Source: a virus (Duplodnaviria; Heunggongvirae; Uroviricota; Caudoviricetes). Taken from it: a stretch of 30,320 nucleotides of DNA. The notes below the pieces were generated by a model. It did not search any database and had not been told where the DNA came from. It worked only from the letters and a program-made list of their open reading frames with translations. This document shows positions 15,806-26,407 of this stretch, piece by piece (position 1 is the first letter of the stretch; every line of letters begins with the position of its first letter). The DNA lies in the IMG/VR virus record IMGVR_UViG_2663762810_000003, one strand, 5' to 3'. Position numbers and translations under genes: made by a program.

Positions 15806-18034
15806 ATGAGTACCACAACACGAAAATTTAAAACCGTTATCACCGATACAGGTGCCAAAAAATTAGCTCAGGCAGCCGCGCCAGATGGTAAGCCTGTTCG
15901 CCTGACTCATATGTCCGTGGGCGACGGTGGCGGCACGTTGCCCACACCAGACAGTAAGCAGACCCGTCTGGTGCATGAGGTGTGGCGACACACAGTTAAT
16001 CGCGTCATCCTGGACGCAACACATCAGAACCGCATTATTGCGGAGCTGGTTATTCCTCCTGAAACGGGCGGATTCTGGATCCGGGAAATTGGTGTATTTG
16101 ATGAGCACGGCGATTTAATCGCGGTGGGCAATACTGCCGAAAGTTACAAGCCAGCCGTTGCTGAAGGGTCCGGTCGTGCACAAACATTTCGCACCATTCT
16201 GACCGTATCCAGCACGGCCACCGTGGCGCTTACCGTGGATAACACCATGGTGATGGCCACAGTGGATTACGTGGATGACAAACTGAAAGAGCATGAACAG
16301 TCACGACGTCACCCGGACGCCTCGCTGACCGCAAAAGGCTTTGTTCAACTCAGTAGCGCCACTAACAGCGTGTCTGAAACGCAGGCTGCAACGCCGAAAG
16401 CGGTTAAGGCCGCATATGACCTGGCTAACGGAAAATATACCGCTCAGGACGCCACGACGGCACGAAAAGGCCTTGTCCAGCTCAGTAGCGCCACCAACAG
16501 CACGTCTGAAACGCAGGCTGCAACGCCGAAAGCAGTAAAGGCCGCGTATGACCTTGCTAACGCAAAATATACCGCTCAGGACGCCACGACGGCACAAAAA
16601 GGGATAGTCCAGCTCAGTAGTGCCACCAACAGCACGTCTGAAACACTGGCCGCGACATCGAAAGCGGTTAAGGCGGTAATGGATGAAACGAACAAGAAAG
16701 CGCCCTTAAACAGTCCTGCGTTGACCGGAACGCCAACAACGCCAACTGCGCGACAGGGAACGAATAATACCCAAATCGCAAGCACGGCTTTCGTTATGGC
16801 TGCGATTGCCGCCCTTGTAGATTCGTCACCTGACGCACTGAATACGCTGAACGAGTTAGCGGCGGCGCTGGGAAACGACCCGAATTTTGCGACCACCATG
16901 ACTAACGCGCTTGCGGGTAAGCAACCGAAAGATGCCACCCTGACGGCGCTGGCCGGGCTTGCTACTGCGGCAGACAAGTTTCCGTATTTTACGGGGAATG
17001 ATGTCGCCAGCCTGGCAACCCTGACAAAAGTCGGGCGGGATATTCTTGCGAAATCGACCGTTGCCGCCGTTATCGAATACCTCGGTTTACAAGAAACGGT
17101 AAATCAGGCTTCTGGCGCATTACAGAAAAACCAGAACGGCGCAGATATTCCAGGAAAAGATACCTTCACAAAAAATATTGGTGCATGTCGCGCTTTTCAC
17201 AGTGCTATTAGTACAGGGGCAGGGAACTGGACAACGGCACAATTGATTGAATGGCTGGATTCTCAAGGGGCATTCAATCACCCATACTGGATGTGCAAAT
17301 GTTCATGGTCATACGGCAATAATAAAATTATTACCGATACTGGCTGTGGAACTATTCATCTTGCAGGTTGCGTTATTGAGGTTATGGGTAATAAAGGTGC
17401 CATGACCATCCGTGTAACAACACCAAGCACTTCCACCGGAGGCGGCACCACTAACGCTCAATTCACTTATATTAATCATGGTGATGCTTATGCTCCTGGC
17501 TGGCGAAGAGACTACAACACGAAAAACCAGCAGCCTGCATTTGCTTTAGGGCAAACAGGAAGCAGGGTTGCAAATGATAAAGCTGTTGGCTGGAACTGGA
17601 ATAGCGGCGTTTATGATGCAGATATCAGTGGCGCATCGACATTAATCCTCCACTTTAATATGAATGCGGGGAGTTGCCCTGCTGTACAGTTCCGCGTGAA
17701 TTATAAAAACGGCGGTATCTTTTATCGTTCAGCGCGTGATGGTTATGGCTTTGAAGCTAACTGGTCAGAGTTTTACACCACAACCCGCAAACCCTCTGCG
17801 GGGGATGTTGGTGCATATACGCAGGCAGAATGTAACTCAAGGTTTATTACAGGTATTCGCCTGGGCGGTCTGTCATCTGTTCAGACATGGAATGGTCCCG
17901 GCTGGTCTGACAGGTCAGGTTATGTCGTTACAGGTTCAGTTAACGGAAACCGTGATGAATTAATTGATACAACACAGGCAAGGCCAATTCAGTATTGCAT
18001 TAATGGAACGTGGTATAACGCGGGGAGTATTTAA
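15806..18034 (+). CDS. H: tail fibre protein gpH (constant N-terminus plus invertible C-terminal variable part)
   Basis: 742 aa; N-terminus matches the P2 H pattern ([16 protein letters not shown]...HEVWRH...IAELVIPPE); crossover site lies inside the gene at 17070-17095. Confidence 0.9.
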   Translation: MSTTTRKFKTVITDTGAKKLAQAAAPDGKPVRLTHMSVGDGGGTLPTPDSKQTRLVHEVWRHTVNRVILDATHQNRIIAELVIPPETGGFWIREIGVFDEHGDLIAVGNTAESYKPAVAEGSGRAQTFRTILTVSSTATVALTVDNTMVMATVDYVDDKLKEHEQSRRHPDASLTAKGFVQLSSATNSVSETQAATPKAVKAAYDLANGKYTAQDATTARKGLVQLSSATNSTSETQAATPKAVKAAYDLANAKYTAQDATTAQKGIVQLSSATNSTSETLAATSKAVKAVMDETNKKAPLNSPALTGTPTTPTARQGTNNTQIASTAFVMAAIAALVDSSPDALNTLNELAAALGNDPNFATTMTNALAGKQPKDATLTALAGLATAADKFPYFTGNDVASLATLTKVGRDILAKSTVAAVIEYLGLQETVNQASGALQKNQNGADIPGKDTFTKNIGACRAFHSAISTGAGNWTTAQLIEWLDSQGAFNHPYWMCKCSWSYGNNKIITDTGCGTIHLAGCVIEVMGNKGAMTIRVTTPSTSTGGGTTNAQFTYINHGDAYAPGWRRDYNTKNQQPAFALGQTGSRVANDKAVGWNWNSGVYDADISGASTLILHFNMNAGSCPAVQFRVNYKNGGIFYRSARDGYGFEANWSEFYTTTRKPSAGDVGAYTQAECNSRFITGIRLGGLSSVQTWNGPGWSDRSGYVVTGSVNGNRDELIDTTQARPIQYCINGTWYNAGSI
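16346..16690 (+). repeat. tandem 132-bp (44-aa) repeats, about 2.6 copies, inside H
   Basis: Unit starts at 16346, 16478 and 16610, encoding [44 protein letters not shown]. Confidence 0.8.
17070..17095. other. left 26-bp invertase crossover site (gix/hix-like), TTATCGAATACC-TC-GGTTTACAAGAA
   Basis: Inverted match to the right site at 20129-20154; inverted homology continues inward to about 17152. Confidence 0.6.
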
Positions 18035-18036
18035 TC

Positions 18037-18570
18037 ATGATGCACTTAAAAAACATTACTGCTGGCAATCCTAAAACGAAAGAACAATACCAGCTAACAA
18101 AGCAATTTAACATCAAATGGCTTTATTCAGATGATGGAAAAAACTGGTATGAGGAACAAAAGAACTTTCAGCCTGATACGTTGAAAATGGTCTATGACCG
18201 TAACGGCGTTATTATTTGTATTGAAAAGGATGTTTCAGCAATTAATCCAGAAGGCGCAAGCGTCGTTGAGGTTCCTGATATTACAGCAAATCGCCGGGCT
18301 GATATTTCGGGTAAATGGATGTTCAAAGATGGCGTAGTGGTAAAGCGAACTTATACCGAGGAAGAGCAGAGGCAGCAGGCGGAAAATGAAAAGCAAAGCC
18401 TGCTACAGCTCGTCAGGGATAAAACCCAGCTATGGGACTCACAGCTACGGCTGGGCATCATTTCCGACGAGAATAAACAAAAATTAACCGAGTGGATGCT
18501 CTATGCGCAGAAAGTCGAATCTACAGACACTTCCAGCCTGCCAGTAACGTTTCCCGAACAACCAGAATGA
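18037..18570 (+). CDS. G: tail fibre assembly chaperone gpG
   Basis: 177 aa; immediately after H; homologous to the minus-strand 18598..19125 product. Confidence 0.85.
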   Translation: MMHLKNITAGNPKTKEQYQLTKQFNIKWLYSDDGKNWYEEQKNFQPDTLKMVYDRNGVIICIEKDVSAINPEGASVVEVPDITANRRADISGKWMFKDGVVVKRTYTEEEQRQQAENEKQSLLQLVRDKTQLWDSQLRLGIISDENKQKLTEWMLYAQKVESTDTSSLPVTFPEQPE

Positions 18571-18597
18571 GGCAAGGCCCGCTATCGGGCCTTAATT

Positions 18598-19125
18598 TTA
18601 CTCTGGTTTTTGTGGCCATTCTGGCTTTGCCGTATCCACACGGCTGACCAGAACACTGTAGCGTTCCCATGCTTCCAGTCGTGTGCGCTCCTCGTCTGTT
18701 GCCATATTCAGCCTGACAGCGCGTTCCAGCGGCTGGATGACTGATTCAGCTTCGGAAAGCAATGCGGCCTTTTGTAATTCGGCCTGTTGTTGCTGTTCGT
18801 CTGCCGTATAAATCCGTTTAACTACAGCTCCATCCTTAAACATCCACTTACCGGAATCATCAGCGCGGCGGTTGGCTGTAATATCGGGAACCTCAACGAC
18901 GCTAAAACCTTCAGGGTTAAGCGTGGAGGCATCTCTAGTGATGGCGACAATAATATTATTTGCATCGTAAACAATCTTTATTGTGTCTGGCTGAAAGTTT
19001 TTCACTTCCTCATACCAGTTTTTTTCGTCCTCGGAGTAAAGCCAGATGACTCCGTGCTTCTTTGTTAACTCATACTGTTCCAGTGTTTTAGCGTTACCCG
19101 CTTTTATGTTCTTTAAGTGCATCAT
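18598..19125 (-). CDS. alternative tail fibre assembly chaperone (G')
   Basis: 175 aa; same MMHLKNI...NWYEE...[13 protein letters not shown]...GKWMFKDG pattern as G with a divergent C-terminus. Confidence 0.85.
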   Translation of the reverse strand: MMHLKNIKAGNAKTLEQYELTKKHGVIWLYSEDEKNWYEEVKNFQPDTIKIVYDANNIIVAITRDASTLNPEGFSVVEVPDITANRRADDSGKWMFKDGAVVKRIYTADEQQQQAELQKAALLSEAESVIQPLERAVRLNMATDEERTRLEAWERYSVLVSRVDTAKPEWPQKPE

Positions 19126-19126
19126 A

Positions 19127-20104
19127 TTAAACGCTCGCTACATTATACCAAGTGCCATTTATATACTTTTGAACGGGTCTGTAATAAACGCCCGCTATAT
19201 TATCGGCAGAATTGGACCCTGTATCCTGAACATTAATACCAGACAATACATGACCTGACGGGCACTGGAAATTCCATGTTTGCCAGTTGTTCACTCCATA
19301 ATATTGCTGTGAACCAAGTCGAACATCTTTCACATAACGGGAATCAAAGTTACCGTAATCTGAGGGATTAACACGACCTGTAATATTTATGGTTTTATTA
19401 CTTTGAATACTGCCGGAGACAAAGCGCATAACATGGACGTTATTAGCATAAACATCCAGATACCCGTCGCCATTTTGTTTAAATCCCGTGTCATTATCAC
19501 CCAAAACAATCGAGTTACCACCAAGAGCACTGGATGTTCCGATGCCCAGTGCACCATTCAATTGACCGCCAGATAATGACAACGCCCCAACCTCAGCAGC
19601 AGTCGGTTTAATGTGCGAACTGTAAATTACATATACAGTTCCATCTGTCAGGCCTGTTGGTTTATTCGCTGTATAAGTTGGTGATGTATGAATCGTTACG
19701 CTGGCGTTACTGGTATAATCCCACTGAATATTAACACCTGTGGCGTAATTACCTATTTCAACATAAACATCATAGGTATCACCGGATGTATTCACCCATG
19801 CAAAATTAGTAAATCCAACCGAGGTCCGTCGCCATAATGCACCAGTAATACCTTTTGGATTTCCATTTCCGGCACGCAGAACCAGCTCAGAGATGCCTGC
19901 TTGATGCGGGGAGCCAACGTTAAACCCTGCGCCACCAATCAGGCTTATGTAAACCACGGAACTGGCTTGTGGCATTGTTACAGTTGCCAGTTTGAACCAT
20001 CCTGCACCACCATTAAAAGACATGGTTGTTGAATTTGTTGCTCCAATATTGCGCAGGAATAATCTTTTATCAGGAATATCTGCGCCATTCTGGTTTTTCT
20101 GCAA
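19127..20104 (-). CDS. alternative tail-fibre C-terminal variable segment (Sv'), without its own start; would be expressed after inversion
   Basis: Begins [10 protein letters not shown], the same residues as H around 17130; the frame continues upstream into the inverted repeat. Confidence 0.75.
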   Translation of the reverse strand: MQKNQNGADIPDKRLFLRNIGATNSTTMSFNGGAGWFKLATVTMPQASSVVYISLIGGAGFNVGSPHQAGISELVLRAGNGNPKGITGALWRRTSVGFTNFAWVNTSGDTYDVYVEIGNYATGVNIQWDYTSNASVTIHTSPTYTANKPTGLTDGTVYVIYSSHIKPTAAEVGALSLSGGQLNGALGIGTSSALGGNSIVLGDNDTGFKQNGDGYLDVYANNVHVMRFVSGSIQSNKTINITGRVNPSDYGNFDSRYVKDVRLGSQQYYGVNNWQTWNFQCPSGHVLSGINVQDTGSNSADNIAGVYYRPVQKYINGTWYNVASV

Positions 20105-20128
20105 CGCACCAGAAGCCTGATTTACCGT

Positions 20129-20154
20129 TTCCTGTAAACCGAGGTTTTAGATAA
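20129..20154. other. right 26-bp invertase crossover site, TTCCTGTAAACC-GA-GGTTTTAGATAA
   Basis: Near-identical to the Mu gix-type site as recalled; inverted match to 17070-17095. Confidence 0.6.
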
Positions 20155-20208
20155 TGGCCGTTTCTGACCTGCATGGCATGATTTACGCTTTTGGACGGGA
20201 GATTCAGC

Positions 20209-20796
20209 GTGCTGATTGGCTATGTAAGGGTATCAACAAATGACCAGAATACAGACCTGCAACGAAACGCTCTTGTTTGTGCAGGATGTGAACAAATATT
20301 TGAAGATAAATTAAGCGGGACAAAGACAGACCGACCGGGATTAAAACGCGCTTTAAAGCGTCTTCAAAAAGGTGACACGCTGGTTGTCTGGAAACTGGAT
20401 CGCCTCGGGCGAAGCATGAAACATCTGATTTCTCTCGTCGGGGAACTACGGGAGCGAGGGATTAATTTTCGCAGTCTGACCGACAGCATAGATACATCTT
20501 CTCCAATGGGGCGTTTTTTCTTCCACGTGATGGGTGCCCTGGCTGAAATGGAACGTGAATTAATTGTTGAACGTACACTGGCCGGACTGGCAGCAGCGCG
20601 CGCACGGGGGCGCACAGGCGGACGTCGCCCGAAGCTGACAAAAGAACAGCATGAGCAAATAGCAAGGCTGATTAAAAACGGTCACGACAGAAAACAACTG
20701 GCAATAATTTACGGCATTGGTACATCGACGATTTATCGTTACCACCCCGCAGGAGAATCAAGCGGAACAATAGAGAAGAGTCAGAAAACAAAATAA
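20209..20796 (+). CDS. DNA invertase, serine recombinase of the Gin/Pin/Cin/Hin family
   Basis: Probable GTG start at 20209 (MLIGYVRVSTNDQ); in-frame ATG at 20191 is an alternative; catalytic-Ser N-terminus and C-terminal HTH (GTSTIYRY). Confidence 0.9.
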   Translation: MLIGYVRVSTNDQNTDLQRNALVCAGCEQIFEDKLSGTKTDRPGLKRALKRLQKGDTLVVWKLDRLGRSMKHLISLVGELRERGINFRSLTDSIDTSSPMGRFFFHVMGALAEMERELIVERTLAGLAAARARGRTGGRRPKLTKEQHEQIARLIKNGHDRKQLAIIYGIGTSTIYRYHPAGESSGTIEKSQKTK

Positions 20797-20826
20797 CCGC
20801 TAATCTGACCATTAGCGGTTTTTGTG
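20796..20826 (+). terminator. rho-independent terminator after the invertase (ACCGCTAAT loop ATTAGCGGT, then TTTTTGT)
   Basis: Perfect 9-bp stem followed by a T run, directly after the stop codon. Confidence 0.5.
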
Positions 20827-20831
20827 TTAAA

Positions 20832-21326
20832 TCAGAACAGCCCTTTAACTGAACTGGCCGCGCTGTTAAGAGATGATGTCACCTTATCTTTGAAGCCGGA
20901 CAGCATATCGCTGAACGATGAGGATTGCAGGCGCTCCCGCAAATCCTCATCACAGCGTTCAAGGGTCAGTGAAAATTCTATCTTTTTCGCCTTACCGTAG
21001 CGATCAAACTCGGAACGGGTCGTATTCGTTCCGGTCAGGACATACATGCCGTAAATCTGCCCGACACCATCAATCAGAGGCCAGGGGCGTCCTGTATATG
21101 CCTGCGTGGTCAGCAACGAAAGCGACACTTCGCCACCTGTAATTTCAGGATAAAGCACACCAGAAAGAACGATGCGATCATCGCCTGCCCCGATATACTG
21201 CCAGCTTGCTGAACGGTTAACGCGTTCATTTTTCACATGCCGCCAGCTTTTGTTTTGCTGTAACTGCTGATGCGGCAACGTGCGCAGCTCAAAAACAAAC
21301 ATGCCGTAGATCATCATCATGGCCAT
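20832..21326 (-). CDS. U: tail protein gpU
   Basis: 164 aa, recognised as P2 U-like; immediately downstream of T on the minus strand. Confidence 0.85.
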   Translation of the reverse strand: MAMMMIYGMFVFELRTLPHQQLQQNKSWRHVKNERVNRSASWQYIGAGDDRIVLSGVLYPEITGGEVSLSLLTTQAYTGRPWPLIDGVGQIYGMYVLTGTNTTRSEFDRYGKAKKIEFSLTLERCDEDLRERLQSSSFSDMLSGFKDKVTSSLNSAASSVKGLF

Positions 21327-21332
21327 GACTCC

Positions 21333-24176
21333 TCAATCTTTATCGTAAAAACTGCCACGCCCGGCACGGGCGCGCCGTTCCATTTCTGCCCTGACCATTT
21401 CACCGACCAGTTTCGCCAGTTCGCGGGGATTCTGCGTAACAACGTTATGCAGATGAACATGAATTTCACCACCAAATCCGGAGGCAACAGGCTCCCGGTT
21501 ACGGGAAGTTACAGGAACTGATGCCACTGGAGATCGTATGGCCTCCGCCACCGGGCGGGAGCTGGCCGCAACAACAGGGACCAGCGCCGGAGGCAGCGGA
21601 GCCGGGACCACGGGGGTGATATTAATTGCGGGGGCAGGCTTACTGACCTGCGCAATCTTCCGCTCCTGCCACTCCCCACGAACAGCAAGTGCGCGGGGCA
21701 GGTTCTTAAAGACAATATCGCCGGGGCCAATGCGTTTTTTCGTCTCATCAACCAGCTTACCTGTGTTATCAGCAATTTTGCTGAGTCTGCGCAGCGTACC
21801 GGTATTGCTGTCTGTGAGCGGTTTATTGTCTTTGGGGTTATCACCTCCGGTGCCATTGCCATTTTCCACAGGCTTCGGCGGATTGATTTTCGCCAGGTCC
21901 CCCTGAAGCAAGGCAACCTTGTCCTGAAGAATGGCCGCACGCTGTGCGTCTTCGATTTTCTTGCGCGCCCTTTCCGCTTCATCCGGAAGGACGCCAAGTT
22001 TTTCAAGTATCCACGCCAGCGTATCCAGCAGCATTTTTGCAGGTGTCAGAACAAGCTGTAACGCACCGCCAAGAACGTTACCGAATATCTCGCCAGCACT
22101 GGTACATTTATCCAGCGTTTCCTTGCTGGACTCCATCGGTGACAGCAGCGATTTAAACCAGTTAAACACCTGGCTGATCCCGCTCCCAATTGCGTCAAAA
22201 ACAGGACCAAACCGTTCAAAGGTTTCGCGCAACGGGGTCAGCCTTTCCATAATCCCGCTGAACACCCCGGCAAAAAATGCCCTGATGGGATCCCAGTATT
22301 TCCAGATAAGAACGGCAGCTCCGGCAAGCGCAGCCACGATAAGACCAACCGGACTGAACAGCGCCCCGATAGTGCCTCCCAGCAAAGAAACAGAACCCGT
22401 CACCATTCCCCACAGCGCAGGCAACACCCTGATGACATTCATTGACCGGGTAAGAATGTCGAAACCAAGACGCAAGGTGGCCAGCTTCCCGTAAAGCACC
22501 CCAATAACCAGCGACAACGAGCCAATCGTTGCAGTCATTGCCAGCAACGCACCGCCTGCTATCAGTAGCTGGCGCGTCAGTACCGGATGGGCCTGCGCCA
22601 GCGAGGTGATTTTTTCAAGCACCCGCGTGAGCCACTGCGTGACAGAACGCAGCGGACCGTCAACCAGATCACTGATGCGAATACGAAGACCTTCCCATGC
22701 GCTGTCGAGATTTTTCAGGTCCCCATCAAGATTATCGGCCATTACTTTTGCAACGCGATCGGCCTCTCCCCTTGCCCCCTGCAATTCTCTGGTCAGTTTT
22801 TGCAGCTCTCCTGAACCAGCCGCCGCAACAAGCGTCTGCAAACCAACGAACGCCTCTTCTCCGGCGATGTCCTTGAAGAAGGAGACCTGGTCCACCTGTC
22901 CGTATTTTTGTGTCGCCTTATAGAGATCAAGCAGCACATCCTCCATCGGGCGCATTTTGCCTCTGGCGTCAGCAACTGACACCCCCAGCTCTTTCAGCGC
23001 ATCAGCCGCAGCTTTTGGCGGTGATGCAAGGCGGGACAGACTTGCGCGCATGGCCGTACCAGCATCGCTTCCACGAAGGCCATTATTGGCAAGCATCCCG
23101 GCCATGGCCGCCGCTTCTTCAAGACTGATACCAAGTTTTGCGGCAACCGGACCGGTATACTTCATGGTTTCGCCCAGCGCGCGTAAATCAGTATTGGTCC
23201 GGGTGAATGCCGCTGTCAGCGTATCGCCAACCCGGTCCATTTGATCGGCTGTCAGGTTGAACTGTGTGAGGATATTGGAGCCTATATCCGCCGTCTCGCC
23301 GAGTTCGACGCCACCTGCCAGCGCCATATTAAGAACACCGGGCAATGCGGCCTGAATGGCCTGCGGAGTAAAACCAGCCATTGCCAGAAAGCTCTGCCCA
23401 CTGGCGGCATCACTCGCAGTAAACTGTGTTTCAGAGCCAAGTTTTAACGCCTGCTCACGCAGCGCCTTAAACTGCGGGCTGTTTTTGTCGATTCGCGTCA
23501 GTGCCTGAACACGGGACATCTCTTTGCCGAACCCGATCGCAGGCTGCAAAAAACGCCCGGCAGCATAGCCGCCAGCCGCTGCAGCACCAATTGCCAGCGC
23601 ACCACCTGTTTTCAGTTTTCCCGCGGTTTCCTGCGCGCGCGAATACCGCTCACGCGCCCGCGTTACACGCGCAAGCGCCTGCCGTTCGCGTTCAAGCTGG
23701 TTGTTGTACTGTTCGGTGCGTCTGATGGCCTGCTGGATGGTGTTATCGCTGCCTGTCAGGGAAATGCCGTGGCGTTTCAGCTCTCCGCCAAGTTCCCGCA
23801 TTTTCTGAATTTCCCGTGTGCGCGATTCATTCAGGCGTTCAAGCCGGGTGCTTAACTGCTGCATCAGCTTTTGTTGTTTTTCGCTGAGCACTGTACCCGT
23901 GCGTTGTAACTGATTAAGGGCGTTAAGCTGGCGTCGTGCTTTCACGATACCCGCATCCGCTTTACTGACAGCGTCGCGGGCGAGCTCAAATGAACGCGCC
24001 TGACGCTCGAGATTTTTGATCGCCCCCTGCGTTCGCTGGATGGAGTCACCAAACTGCCCCATCAGGCGGCGGGCGTTTTCGGCAGGCCGGGTCAGCCTGT
24101 CAACGGCGCTGAAAGCGACCCGGATATCAAGAGTCTTCATTGTCTGCACTCCCGCTGCGAAGTGCCGCCCGCTCAC
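21333..24176 (-). CDS. T: tail tape measure protein gpT
   Basis: 947 aa; coiled-coil-rich N-terminus, Gly/Ala-rich hydrophobic middle; follows E/E'. Confidence 0.85.
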   Translation of the reverse strand: MSGRHFAAGVQTMKTLDIRVAFSAVDRLTRPAENARRLMGQFGDSIQRTQGAIKNLERQARSFELARDAVSKADAGIVKARRQLNALNQLQRTGTVLSEKQQKLMQQLSTRLERLNESRTREIQKMRELGGELKRHGISLTGSDNTIQQAIRRTEQYNNQLERERQALARVTRARERYSRAQETAGKLKTGGALAIGAAAAGGYAAGRFLQPAIGFGKEMSRVQALTRIDKNSPQFKALREQALKLGSETQFTASDAASGQSFLAMAGFTPQAIQAALPGVLNMALAGGVELGETADIGSNILTQFNLTADQMDRVGDTLTAAFTRTNTDLRALGETMKYTGPVAAKLGISLEEAAAMAGMLANNGLRGSDAGTAMRASLSRLASPPKAAADALKELGVSVADARGKMRPMEDVLLDLYKATQKYGQVDQVSFFKDIAGEEAFVGLQTLVAAAGSGELQKLTRELQGARGEADRVAKVMADNLDGDLKNLDSAWEGLRIRISDLVDGPLRSVTQWLTRVLEKITSLAQAHPVLTRQLLIAGGALLAMTATIGSLSLVIGVLYGKLATLRLGFDILTRSMNVIRVLPALWGMVTGSVSLLGGTIGALFSPVGLIVAALAGAAVLIWKYWDPIRAFFAGVFSGIMERLTPLRETFERFGPVFDAIGSGISQVFNWFKSLLSPMESSKETLDKCTSAGEIFGNVLGGALQLVLTPAKMLLDTLAWILEKLGVLPDEAERARKKIEDAQRAAILQDKVALLQGDLAKINPPKPVENGNGTGGDNPKDNKPLTDSNTGTLRRLSKIADNTGKLVDETKKRIGPGDIVFKNLPRALAVRGEWQERKIAQVSKPAPAINITPVVPAPLPPALVPVVAASSRPVAEAIRSPVASVPVTSRNREPVASGFGGEIHVHLHNVVTQNPRELAKLVGEMVRAEMERRARAGRGSFYDKD

Positions 24177-24656
24177 GCCAGCTAACCACTTCGCCGGGCG
24201 TCATCATGAAGATTTCGGCGGGCGACCAGTTAAAAATAACGGCAATATCTGCCACAAAGTCTTCTATGTGCTCAAAGCACACAACCGTGATCAGGCTTCC
24301 GTCGCCTGTTCGTTCTTCCCGCCAGAGTCCGCACCGCTCAAAAAATTTACGGCAACCACACATAACTGAATAAAGTCACAGGATGCCATTTTTTTGATCG
24401 TCACTTCATCCAGTCGCGGTGATGTCACGCGTGACAGCAGCGTAAACATGGATTCCGCTTTCAGATTCAGCACATCAGACAGCGACAAATCTCGCAGAGA
24501 TCCAGCCTGCTCAATAGCTCCGGTGATCTCCACATACGTGATTTTTTCGCCGCCTCGCTCAATTGGTTGGGTAAGTTTTACGCCACGCTCACTGGTTTCT
24601 TTCACAGTGTCAGCAACGACCGTGTTTTCGTTATCGATGTTTTTCGTCTCTTTCAT
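24127..24656 (-). CDS. gpE+E' fusion made by programmed -1 frameshift at T-TTT-TTG (plus-strand 24329-24335)
   Basis: E frame reads AAT TTT TTG (N F L); the -1 frame continues K F F E R C G L W..., the 24127..24363 ORF. Confidence 0.6.
24291..24656 (-). CDS. E: tail assembly chaperone gpE
   Basis: 121 aa upstream of T; contains the slippery heptamer near its 3' end. Confidence 0.8.
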   Translation of the reverse strand: MKETKNIDNENTVVADTVKETSERGVKLTQPIERGGEKITYVEITGAIEQAGSLRDLSLSDVLNLKAESMFTLLSRVTSPRLDEVTIKKMASCDFIQLCVVAVNFLSGADSGGKNEQATEA

Positions 24657-24710
24657 CAGGAAACTCCTTTCAGTCAGAGGCGACGCACTGCGCCGCCTGC
24701 ATATTACTTA

Positions 24711-25223
24711 TCAGCCAAGCCCAAGCGCGGAACGGATGCGATCGGGCACAATGTCCTTGCCGTCCTTCCGGTAAATGAAGTTCAGCAGGTCAATCTCCCA
24801 CAACGGGCGATCGTTAACACTCAGCTTGTAGTAGGTGTTTTTAATGGCGTAAGTGTGTGATGTGGCTTCGCCCTGTTTGGCTTCCCCCATATCAATTTCC
24901 GTCACACGTCCGCGCATTTCGACTTCATACAGGTCGCTTTCTGCATCGGTGTAGTATTCACCCGCAAAACGCAGCAGCGTGCCGTCAATCGTGCCGCCAT
25001 ACTTAAGGAACAGCTCACGAACTGCGCCCCCCATGACAAAGCTCGCATCAAGCGCGGAGTCGTCCAGACCGAGATCAATACTTACCGCACCCATCATGCC
25101 GCCCCCCCGGTAGCTGTCGGTTTTGCGCGTCAGTTTGGGCAGAGTGACGGACGTCACCTTACCCACTTCGTTTTCACCATCCACAAACAGCGTAAAAAAG
25201 CGAAGATGTTTTGGCACAGCCAT
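24711..25223 (-). CDS. FII: tail tube protein gpFII
   Basis: 170 aa, P2 FII-like size and position after FI. Confidence 0.85.
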   Translation of the reverse strand: MAVPKHLRFFTLFVDGENEVGKVTSVTLPKLTRKTDSYRGGGMMGAVSIDLGLDDSALDASFVMGGAVRELFLKYGGTIDGTLLRFAGEYYTDAESDLYEVEMRGRVTEIDMGEAKQGEATSHTYAIKNTYYKLSVNDRPLWEIDLLNFIYRKDGKDIVPDRIRSALGLG

Positions 25224-26407
25224 CAGGCACCTCCCAGCACCGCAAATGCGGGTTCAAAGTATTCATCAGTAAACGTCTGGTAAAGCTCCATGTCTTCCAG
25301 TGGCGGAACGGGCGTATATTTGTAGCGAATACGCACACGCCCCTGACGTAAATCCGTGGTGCTGTTATCCACCACGTCATACCAGCACTCCGCACCAATC
25401 AGTTTCCCGGCAGTAACCAGTGAATCCAGTTTTGCCCTGATGGCACTGATAACATCCTTCACGTTCGCAGGCGTCAGTGGACTGTCGATGGTTTCAAACT
25501 GCGCTTCCGCAATTGAATCAGCCAGCACCTGTGCGGTTCGGGTATACACCTCAAAGATGTAGGCGTTCGTTTCCGGTGTGCGGTTGCCCCAGAAGCGGAA
25601 CCCGTTGCGACGAATAATGGTCGTGATTTCTTTGTTGTTGAGGCTGTTGGCATCGCTGTCTTCGGCCTGCAACGACCAGAACACATGCCTCGACATCCCC
25701 AGCACATTTTTAACCGGAACGTTGGACAGTGATTTGTGCCACCCCTGCTCATGGTCAATGTACGCACGAAGGCCGCACGCATAGGCAGGCGCGGGGAACG
25801 TTTCGTTTTTGCCAGTTTTCGGGTTGTAGGCGATGAAGTCCGGCCATAAGAGCATCACCTCACGTTCGTTGAATTTCTGGCGGTAGGTAATCGCCTCTGC
25901 CATCGTGTTACAGCCGTGACATGAGGCATACACAAACGCGCGCAGTTTACCCGCAATCACGCACAGGGATTTTGTTACCGCCTCCGTGTCCAGCTCCGGC
26001 GCGGCCAGAATACGCGGACGGTATCCGATGCTTTCATCCTGCTCTGCAACAAGCAGCGCATACATCCCCGTATAGCTGCCGTCAGATTCAGAACCACCGA
26101 TAACCAGTTGATCCTGCGTTTTTCCGTCTTCTTCTTTGTGTTCAGCCACGCGAACGACGATCACCTTTGTGCTCACCTGGTCTGCGATGGCCTTAAGCGC
26201 ACGATAAAGCGTCCCCGTTGTCCCGCATTTTCCCAGCACGTCATTGACGCGGGTCAGCAGTGTGGGCTTGTTCAGCGGGAACAGCTTCGCGTCCGCATCA
26301 TCCGCCGTTGCCACGATACCGATAACACTGGAATCAACATCGTTAATCGCTGTTACCAGGTCGGTATTTTCCGTAACACGGGCACCATGAAAACGAGTTT
26401 CACTCAT
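25223..26407 (-). CDS. FI: tail sheath protein gpFI
   Basis: 394 aa; conserved LRAF.YASCHGC, PDF.A, GWHK.LSNV, RRNGFRFWGNRT and YTPVPPLE blocks as in P2 FI. Confidence 0.9.
   Translation of the reverse strand: MSETRFHGARVTENTDLVTAINDVDSSVIGIVATADDADAKLFPLNKPTLLTRVNDVLGKCGTTGTLYRALKAIADQVSTKVIVVRVAEHKEEDGKTQDQLVIGGSESDGSYTGMYALLVAEQDESIGYRPRILAAPELDTEAVTKSLCVIAGKLRAFVYASCHGCNTMAEAITYRQKFNEREVMLLWPDFIAYNPKTGKNETFPAPAYACGLRAYIDHEQGWHKSLSNVPVKNVLGMSRHVFWSLQAEDSDANSLNNKEITTIIRRNGFRFWGNRTPETNAYIFEVYTRTAQVLADSIAEAQFETIDSPLTPANVKDVISAIRAKLDSLVTAGKLIGAECWYDVVDNSTTDLRQGRVRIRYKYTPVPPLEDMELYQTFTDEYFEPAFAVLGGA

Larger units (their letters stand above)
17083..20141. other. invertible tail-fibre segment (about 3.06 kb) holding the H variable part and G on one strand and alternative G' and Sv' on the other
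   Basis: Flanked by inverted crossover sites and about 60-bp inverted repeats; invertase gene adjacent. Confidence 0.6.

Noticed and set aside
16301-16977. Minus-strand ORFs 16301..16597 and 16576..16977
   Set aside because: Antisense to the H tandem-repeat region; repetition alone creates the open frames.
21509-23725. Multiple 60-190 aa ORFs on both strands inside the tape-measure gene
   Set aside because: All overlap the 947-aa T gene; GC-rich shadow frames without starts or SDs.
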